Shown piece by piece: positions 54,554 to 64,000 of a DNA stretch of 64,000 nucleotides. A program made the translations under genes and the position numbers. Origin of the DNA: Antedon mediterranea. Lineage: Eukaryota > Animalia > Echinodermata. The notes under the pieces were generated by a model that made no database searches, had not been told where the DNA came from, and saw only the letters and a list, made by a program, of their open reading frames with translations. The DNA lies in contig NC_092680.1 in NCBI RefSeq assembly GCF_964355755.1, positions 20,965,045 through 21,029,044 on the forward strand, read 5' to 3'. How positions within the stretch are numbered: position 1 is the stretch's first letter; every line of letters begins with the position of its first letter.

Positions 54554-56433
54554 TTATTTCTTACTGAATGATGTGGTTTTTGCAACTCTGGTTCTTTTTT
54601 TTTGTCCTGGTTTTTTAGCACATTGTGGTGTTGCAGGAATAATTAATTTCCCGTCTTTAGATGTTGTTGTTTTTGCAACTGTTTTGTTCAGTGATATTTT
54701 CAAAAATCGTAAAACATATTTGTTTTTTTCATCTTCAGATTTCCCTATCCAAACCGAATTTGGCACTGTATATTTCTTTAATCTAGGGATAACGTAAAAA
54801 TTGCCTTGTCCGTGAATTGCACGCCGGGCGTCTGCATATTGTAATTTCGCAATTTTGTGTAGAATTTGTACTAAATCTGGAAGCCTTTGTGGTTTCCAGT
54901 TAATGGATAGTTTTAGAATGTGATTTATGCTTTCGCAGTTGTTGTTTGTCCAACGGTCCGGAATCACTCGGTCGGTAATATTGGGTCTGAAAACCTTTTC
55001 TTTTAAGGTTGGGCACAGTTTATCTCTAAAATAATTTCCAAATAGTGGAACTTGTTTTTGGAAATCTATTTCCAATTGTAGTGAACGTTTGTCAAATTGT
55101 GAAATGTTTGTACTCCCAAGTAATCCGGACGGCGAAAAGATTTTGTTTAGTATTATTTGTCGGTACTTATTATTTGCTCCTTGCTTTTCAAGCAAGTAAC
55201 GAGATGCATTTTGCTTGATATGCCTTGTGCACAATATGTGTCGCGAATTGGGGAAAGAAAAGTTTAAAGCTTTCAAAATTGCCTTTTCTTCGTCGGAACC
55301 TATGACCATATTACAACTCATACCAACTTCGGAATTGTTTATGTCACTGTCAAGCTGACAACGCAAATGTGTAAAGAAATCAAGATACGTGCTGTACCGA
55401 CCATCCCAGTGTAATAGCATCGGGCCGACAAAAATGGGATGATCATTTGCTTCTTTTTTAAGCAATAGAGTGTTTTTAAAAACAGTAACCGTTAAATAGC
55501 AAGCCCCCAAGTTAAAAGTCCTATCGATCCCTAGTATACTTTGAGAAATATTGCCACAACAAAACCTTCGTAAGTCATTAATTTGATTGTTTGTGTACAG
55601 AATTACACAAGGAGGCTGATTAGGTACAGCAAAGACTTTTTTTACAAATTCATGTTTTGTTAATTCGGTTATTAAATTTTGTATATCATCGGCAACATTA
55701 GACCTACTACCTGTGGTGAGTTTTTTTGATCGGTTATATTTCAAATTTCTCAGTTGTTTCATATCTCTGGGTGCGCTTTCGGGGTTAGAAAAAACCATAT
55801 CTGCGTAAGTATCCCTGGGTTTGGAATGGACAAGTCTACATTCAGCATCACGTAGAACTTTCGGATGAGTACGTACGTATTCTGTGTGTGTATGTCTGTC
55901 ATTACCATGTGACGAAATGGTAAAAGGAAAATTGCCAATGTATTCAACTACTGCTTTAGGCCTATTGAAGTTGTTCATTTTTTCGTTTTCGTTTTCTATC
56001 CACGACACTCGTTTTTTGTACCCTTTGTCTCGTTTTAATTTACAATAACACCTATGCAAAGTTATAATATTAGTCGGTTGTGGTACGAGCGGGACCCAAG
56101 TACCGTTTTTTTTAATGCAAAATCTATCACACTTAAAGACAATGGTGATAAGCCTTCCAGCTACTCTTGTGAACTGTGTCTTCGGAGTACTACTACTTGA
56201 CGAGTCCCATACACCACAATCATCAGGAAAGAAGCTACGACCACCTCCAAAACGTTGTTGTACATTGCCTTCATTGTTGACAACAAATAACATATTTTCT
56301 TTAACACCCTGCGGAATGTCTGGGAATGTTGCATTTTCTGATGTTTTCATGAGGATTTGGTATAGTTCAGACACCTGAACAAATTTTTTGTTTAACAACC
56401 GCTTTGTGAACCTTTTGCACGACATTCGGTCAC
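54554..56433 (-). CDS. MULE/Mutator DDE transposase exon
   Basis: Open for 626 codons with GIDRTFNLG (D), GSDEEKAI (D), LCTRH (CxxH) and WTNNNCESINH (E); acceptor ttcgttttag at 56434. Confidence 0.92.
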
Positions 56434-56853
56434 CTAAAACGAAGCATATTGAAAATTTCAAAATATTTAATAACAGTAATAGGCATGTTTCCTTTTTTGC
56501 GGGCACTGTTTATAAACTTTATTTCAATAGTTACTTTTGAGCAAATGTATGATGCATGCATTTTCTATTTTATATGTAATATTTTCACAATAGAATATTA
56601 GTATATTAGTAACATGTAATTGTACCTTAAGAACACGCTAAAACGTAGTCGATACATCTAAAGATAGTTTTATTTGGAAAATAAAAGATATCAGCCGTCA
56701 CAATTTCCCACAAAAATAAACAGAATTATTTTAATTTTAATTGCATATTGGAAATGATAATGAATTTTGTTTTCGAATATTGTGTCACACAAAGATAATG
56801 TAGATTTTATTAATATAGTGTTTCAATTAGGTTGTGTAAATTAAATAACGAAC

Positions 56854-59800
56854 CTTGCTTTTCCAGATCAGAACTAAATGAATTGTTTATGTGACTGTAT
56901 CGTGTTTCGGAATTACTTAGAGCAACTTCAGACTCGGACGAAGAAAATATAATTGGTGAATTATCGCCGACGTCTTCAATCTTGACAAATGCAGTGTGTC
57001 CCCTCTGTTTTTTTCCTTTTTAAAAATATATAAATATTTGTCAAACCATAAAGCAATACATAACTTACAAATGTATTCCCCTATATTTTCATGCTATTGC
57101 TGGGAGCTTTTCTTTTGCTTTTTAACGGTAAATAACATACAGTACATGATAAACAATCAGACATTGAATCGTGTTCTATATCATGATACATTTTATCCGC
57201 ATTTTATGCAGGTTGACCGCAGTACTATTGCAAATAACAGTACTTACAATGATAGGTGTATTTTAAACACTACCCTCTTATTAATAATGACACGATTTAC
57301 TGTATTTGGTGATTTGAGTTTTCTATTTGAATAATGAAACTCGAATCTTGTTATTGAAATATCATAAATTTAAGAAACTCAAATATCTGAGTTTTTTAGA
57401 TCTAGGAAACTTAGATATATTTAAAACTTGTGTTTTCTAACACAGATCTTGTAATGCGAAGATCAAAACGAACAAAACACTTACTTTCATGTTGCATAGT
57501 TTTTGTGGTTTTCGAGTCGGGCGTTGTCATCGACGTGCTTTTTTCCTTTATGATTTCGCTGTGGGGGTTACAAATTGGGGATTGGAAAATCACACTATCG
57601 CCGGAAGGCCTTCCTGTTATAGGCGTATGCAATACATCATTACGATTAGGTAGTAACTTTTCATTGGTGTCTGTATGATCACTGCTGTCGTTGTTGGAGT
57701 CAGAAAATTGATGTGATAATGAAATCAAATCAAAATCTATATCGGAAGATTGGCTAAAAAAAGAGGTAGCTGGAATGCCCTTAAAATTAGCCATCGTGGC
57801 ATTTGTGTCTGTCTTTTTGCTGTTGTCGCTGTTTGGTGTGGAGCGTGGAGATATGGAAATCATATCACGTTTATGGAAAGGTTGTCTATCAACAGAAGTG
57901 GAGGGAACGTCTGTAGGATCAACCTGTGGTGTTGAGTCAACGGAATCAGATGATATGGTTGCGATTCGTTGCTTCTTCTTCGGTCGCCTTGTTTTCTTTT
58001 TCCGCACTATAAAATGTAGATTCATATCGATAAGTAAAAACACACAATGTTATATGATCTAGATACATTCAGATATCTCAGTTTCCTATAGACACCTACA
58101 CTTATTGAATAAAACATTACTTTGTTAAAAAAAAAACAACAGATCAAAACACTACCTCCTGCATGATTCGTTACTTTCGTGGTTTTTAAGTCGGGCGTTG
58201 TCATCGACATGGGTACGTTGTCGCTATTTGGTGTGAACAGTGGAGATATGGAAATCATATCCCGTTTATGGCAAGGTTGTGTATCAACAGAAGTGGAGGG
58301 AAAGTCTGTAGGATCAACTTCAGACTCGGACGAAGAAAATATAAATGGTGAATTATCGCCGACATCTTCAATCTTGAAAAATACAGTGTGTCGCCTCTGG
58401 TGTTTTCCTTTTTGAAAATATATAAAATATTTGTCAAACCATAATGCAATGCATAACTATACATGTATTCCCCTATATTTTCAGGCTATTGCTGGGAGCT
58501 TTTCCTTTGCTTTTTAAAGGTAAATAACATACATGATAAACAATCAGACATTGAATCGTGTTCTATATCATGATATACATTTTAGCCGCATTTTATGCAG
58601 GTTGACCGCAGTACTATTTTTGGCAAATAACAATGAGTACTTACAATGATAGGTGTATTTTAAACACTACCCTCTTATTAACAATGACACGACTTACTGT
58701 ATTATGTGATTTGATTTTTATATTTGAAGCTTGAAACTCGGATCTTGTTATTTAAATTTCATAAATATAGGAAACTCAAATATCTGAGTTTTTTAGATCT
58801 AGAAAACTTAGATATATCTAAAATTTGTGTTTTCTAACACAGATCTATTCTTGTAATGCGAAGATCAAAACGAACAAAACACTTACCTTCATGTTGCATA
58901 GTTTTTGTGGTTTTCAAGTCGGGCGTTGTCATCGACGTGCTTCTTTCCTTTATGATTTCGCTGTGGGGGTTACAAATTGGGGATTGGAAAATCACACTAT
59001 CAGAAGGCTTTCCTGTTATAGGCATATGCAATACATCATTACGATTAGGTAGTAACTTTTCATTGGTGTCTGCATGATCACTGCTGTCGTTGTTGGGGTC
59101 AGAAAATTGATGATCAAAATCTATATTGGAAGATTGGTTAAAAAAAGAGGTAGCTGGAATGCCCTCAAAATTAGCCATCGTGGCATTAGTGTCTGTCTTT
59201 TTGCCGTTGTCGCTGTTTGATGTGGAGAGTGGAGATATGGAAATCACATCACATTTATGGAAAGGTTGTCTATCAACAGAAGTGGAGAGAAAGTCTGAAG
59301 GATCAAGTGTTGAGTCAACGGAATCAGAAGATATGGTTACTGTGGTTGCGATTCGTTGCTTCTTCTTCGGTCGCCTTGTTTTCTTTTTCCGCACTATAAA
59401 AATGTAGATTCATATCGATAAGTACAAACACACAATTGTATTTGATGTAGATACAATCAGATATCTCAGTTTTCTATAGACACCTACACTTATTAAATAA
59501 AACATGTCTTTGTTAAAAAAAAAAAAAAACAGAACAAAACACTACCTCCTGCATGTTGCGTAGCTGTTGTAGTTTTCAAGTCGGGCGTTGTCATCGACAA
59601 GGGTACGTTGTCGCTGTTTGGTGTGGAGATTAGAGATATGGAAAACATATCACGTTTATGGAAAGGTTGTCTATCAACAGAAGTGGAGGGAAAGTCTGTA
59701 GGATCAACCTGTGGTGTTGAGTCAACGGAATCAGACGATATGGTTGCTATGGTTGCGATTCGTTGCTTCTTCTTCGGTCGCCTTGTTTTCTTTTTTCGTA

Positions 59801-60601
59801 CTATAAAAATGTAGATTCATATCGATAAGTACAAACACACAATGTTATTTGATCTAGATACAATCAGATATCTCAGTTTCCTATAGACACCTACACTTAT
59901 TGAATAAAACATTTATTTTTTACAAAAAAAAAAACAGAACAAAACACTACCTCCTGCATGTTGCGTATCTTTTGTGGTTTTCAAGTCGGGCGTTGTCATC
60001 GACAAGGGTACGTTGTCGCTGTTTGGTGTGGAGATTGGAGATATGGAAAACATATCACGTTTATGGAAAGGTTGTCTATCAACAGAAGTGGAGGGAAAGT
60101 CTGTAGGATCAAGTGTTGAGTCAACGGAATCAGATGATATGGTTACTGTGGTTGCGATTCGTTGCTTCTTCTTCGGTCGCCTTGTTTTCTTTTTTCGCAC
60201 TATAAAAATGTAGATTCATATCGATAAGTACAAACACACAATTGTATTTGATGTAGATACAATCAGATATCTCAGTTTTCTATAGACGCCTACACTTATT
60301 AAATAAAACATGTCTTTGTTAAAAAAAAAATAACAGAACAAAACACTACCTCTTGCATGTTGCGTATCTGTTGTGGTTTTCAAGTCGGGCGTTGTCATCG
60401 ACATGGGTACGTTGTCGCTGTTGGGCGTGGACAGTGGAGATAGGGAAATCATATCCCGTTTATGGCAAGGTTGTGTATCAACAGAAGTGGAGGGAAAGTC
60501 TGTAGGATCAACCTGTGGTGTTGAGTCAACGGAATCAGATGATATGGGTACTATAGTTGCGATTCGTTCTTTCATTTTCGGTCGCCTTTTCTTTTTTTGA
60601 A
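56854..60601 (-). CDS. Seven tandemly duplicated phase 1-1 exons encoding basic + Ser/Thr/Asp-rich linker repeats
   Basis: Exons 60350-60601, 59951-60199, 59546-59800, 58887-59393, 58156-58407, 57485-58006 and 56854-57015 are all multiples of 3, open and GT-AG bounded. The introns are duplicated too. Confidence 0.75.
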
Positions 60602-60811
60602 CTATAAAAATTTAGATTTATCTCGGTCAATAATATAAACACACCTCTGAGATAACTTCGTTACAATAAAAAATAACAATGAACCAATCTATTGCGTACA
60701 CTACGTACGGATAAGTTTTGTGTATTCTTATCCTAAAATTTTATTTTTTTTAAATTTGTACAAATAAATAAGAAACCATTTGTCTAAATTAGTAGAGTAG
60801 GCCTAATTTAC

Positions 60812-61817
60812 CTTTCCTTTTGATTACTTTCTTGTGACCAATGTCGTCATACGAAGTAGATGACAAGCAAGATGACAATATTTCGGGTAAACACACTCTC
60901 TCATCTATTAAAGAACTGTCCAATAACGGGACAAAGTGGTTAGGAATCCACGTACCCTTTGAAGAAGGTAATAGTGTACTAGTCCACATAATAAAAATCG
61001 GATGTCTGTCAGCTGTTTCTTCGCAAGGATAAAAACTTCTATTCAATATGCGATGTGCATTGTCAGTAACGCCATTATAAGGAGGATACACAGAAATAAT
61101 TTCTTGCCCTATAACACTAGACAACGCCTGTATCTGCCAAGCTGAAGAATAACCGCTTTCACGACTACAATCTGAACAAGCGAGATTGTAATCAGGACTG
61201 GTTAAAGCAATTTTTGAATGTTTGTGCAGTTCCTTGTAGAATGTTTCTTTTTCTACCATATCAACAAATGTTCTTACGCGAAGTTCAGTAGCAATGTTTT
61301 CATTGCCAGTCAAAGCAACAGCTACGGCATTAAACAAGCAGCTACCGTCACCAGCGACAGATACAGGGATTAAACGCCCACCTCCACATTTGTTCATTAT
61401 ACTTGTAGAAACAGCATCGATGACATACTGTTGAGATATCGTAAACGGGGGTTTACTAAAGCGATGATTACGTAGAAATAAACGTTCACTTTGCGCTATG
61501 TCAAGTATATTGTAATTGTTTTTGGTAGCTGAATCAATACGCTCTAATGAGGCCAAAAAATCAAAACTGCCATTAGGGCTACAGCATTCGGAACAAGTGA
61601 AATGCAAAGGAGAGTTACCTAAGCTATGCAAGTTTGCTTTAGTTAAGTTTTCGCACAATATGTGGAACCAGCGTAAGCAATAATCACAAAATATACTGTC
61701 ATTGTTGCACGCAAACTTACAAACACCACAAAAGTATTTCCCCGTTTTTTTCTTGTCACAATCAAAACAAGTTAAACAAGGTCTAGTTTTTTTGTGCTGC
61801 CTTTTTTGTCTGTACAT
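60812..61817 (-). CDS. PHD finger + OTU-like cysteine protease (vertnin-like) exon
   Basis: CGVC..SIFCDYCLRWFHILC..FTCSEC (C4HC3); AGDGSCLFNAVA, AWQIQALS and PNHFVPL. Acceptor at 61821, ATG at 61817, phase-1 donor at 60811. Confidence 0.88.
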
Positions 61818-63274
61818 ATTCTGAAAGTAAAATAAGAACAATTGGTTTGAAAGCAATTGTAAGGTCCTATCATTAGCAAGTACACATTATATTTATCAGA
61901 TTATATTTACACTTTTGCAGCATTTACTATTTATAGAATAAAAATGTTATCTGCACTAAATAAGCCAGTCGGTAAATCTTTATGGAATTCATTTAAAAGC
62001 AATATGTTATATAACATTGAATGTGAAACATATAACAATAAAGAAAAAAGTATAGAAAAATGGGTAGCTTTAAGAAATAAGATTATGATAATATAATTTC
62101 TAATTTGATACGATTAACAGAAAAAGAATTACAGTGATACGGGTTACTGGTGGTACTGAGCTATTATTGTTTATTTTTATCATGTATATAAATATATTGT
62201 ATAATCCGGGTTGTAAAATGAAAACAAACAAATGAAAATGTGTGAACTATTTTAAAACGGGATAGATGATAATGATGATCCTGTCAAGTGTATAACAAAA
62301 TATAAGAAAATTAATGAAAAAAGGAGTAATACAGAATTCATATATGTAAAAATGTTACTTATGAACTGTAACGACATTTACAAGTTAAATAATACGATTT
62401 TATGTAATATGAGATAATATGAATGTGAATAAAAGTGGTGTTTGCGCCACAAAAGAGAAAAAGAAAAAAAACAAGTACACAAATCAAATTGCTTAACTTA
62501 GGCTTTATTGTTTTTCAATTCTTTATATCATTATTAGTCAAAATGATTAGTTTGATGATTTTTGGGTAAAAATTAAACTGCGAATGCGTATACGCGAAAA
62601 ATTGCGATTCGCACAAATAAATAACTTGAATACCGTTGTAGATATTTAAATTAAAGCATTCTTTATACACTGAATAATGATTAACTATTAAAAAATGAAC
62701 TGTAAATAATTATGAATGACTTACCACTGTGTGCTCGTCAGAACCGAACGGTTAAGTAAAAATAGACTGAACTGTTGTACAACTGAACTGAACTGTACAA
62801 AAATAAAGATTTAGATGGATTTTCTCCAGTGAGAATTCAAGAATAAAGGTATGATGTGTTTTTTTATCGCTTTAAATAGTGGAAAGAAACTTCAGCAGAA
62901 CCACGCTTTTTACATAGTTGCATGAAGGTCTTTTTTATTGGCTTATTTTCTGAAGCCTAACACCGTCAAAGTTCTAGACCAATCGCAATGCACATTTTGC
63001 CAAAGCTGCTCTCATATTTGGGACCATCTTTAAGAAATCGGAAACCAACAGGCTGCTTTGATAATAACCGCACACGGAACCGGTGCTATCGCCATATCAA
63101 ACACTATTTTGACAAAACCGTCCGACTCCGATAAAATGCCAGTTATTCCACTGACATATTGCAAAATAGGTTACCGTCAAGAATAAACATGTAAGGAACT
63201 CCTTTGTATGATCTTGATAAAATTACTAAGGTTCTTCGAACACAGAGACCAGAGACTAAGAGATAGGTCGAAAC

Positions 63275-63740
63275 GGGTGTCTCAAAAACAGAGACCAGAG
63301 ACCCGAGACCCAGGGTCTCTGTTTTCGAGAAAATCTGGAAAACAGAGACCCCCACTAAAACGTCTAAATAATACGTTATATAGGGGGTCTCTGTTTTCCA
63401 GAAAAACTCGAAAACAGATACCCCCATTAAAACGTCTCAATATTAAGTCAATATTACGTTACATAGGGGGTCTCTGTTTTCCAGAAAAACTCGAAAACAG
63501 ATACCCCCATTAAAACTTCTTAATATTAAGTCAATATTACGTTATATAGGGGGTCTCAGTTTTCGAGTTTTTCTAGAAAACAGAGACCTCCACTAAAACG
63601 TTTCAATATTAAGTCAATATTACGTTATATAGGGGTCTCTGTTTTCGAGAAAAACTCGAAAACAGAGACCCCCACTAAAACGTCTCAATATTAGGTCAAT
63701 ATTACGTTATATAGGGGGTCCCCACTAAAACGTCTCAAAA
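63275..63740. repeat. Array of ~80-bp units with internal inverted repeats; probable terminus of another TIR (MULE-like) element
   Basis: Starts gggtgtctcaaaaacagagacc; repeated aaaacagagaccccc..aatattacgttatata..gggggtctctgtttt. Confidence 0.7.
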
Positions 63741-64000
63741 TCACAGAATGACGTATCAGTAATAAACGGTAACTGATATGCCGATATCAAAGAACATGCC
63801 GCAACGATAAGAAGATTGATGAATTCTTGAACGCGTGTGAAGAGACTGTCATTTTGGAATACAAGGTCGACGTCCTAGAAGTTAAGTAAGATGTATAAAT
63901 GCATGTTAGAAGCTAAAAAGCGGGAGATTATTTCAAAAACTGACACTAGTTTCGTAACCTTTATTAACAAGCATAAAAGATAATAACGTACAATGCAATA

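Noticed and set aside
54554-56506. Signal-peptide-like start (LLLLLNILKFSICFVLG) on the transposase ORF
   Set aside because: This is translated intron and polypyrimidine tract upstream of the acceptor at 56434.
57430-60600. Multiple plus-strand ORFs in the repeat array
   Set aside because: Antisense shadows; splice signals and frame continuity support the minus strand.

Overview
AT-rich, intron-rich animal (probably invertebrate) genomic DNA. All gene models were assembled by eye from GT-AG sites, exon phase and paralog comparison; none has transcript support here. (1) 1-20.1 kb: three tandem minus-strand annexin genes. Two are canonical. The third (14744-20113) keeps the annexin exon skeleton but has lost the Ca2+-binding loops and gained a predicted signal peptide plus a thrombospondin-type-1-like module, so it looks like a classically secreted annexin. 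(2) 22-28 kb and 41-48 kb: two plus-strand paralogs, each spliceable into a protein with two tandem MS4A/CD20-like 4-TM domains, variable Cys-rich loops and a Gln/Pro/Met-rich tail. (3) 32.5-41.3 kb: a five-layer nested transposon stack (Penelope > L2 LINE > second LINE > TIR element > hAT-like MITE) in the putative first intron of paralog 2, with three junction duplications readable. (4) 51.0-51.3 kb: a tRNA-headed, highly base-paired putative Pol III RNA. (5) 51.7-64 kb: a Mutator-like element whose nine exons splice in frame into a ~1694-aa PHD finger + OTU-like protease + repeat linker + DDE transposase fusion. MITEs and minisatellites are scattered throughout.
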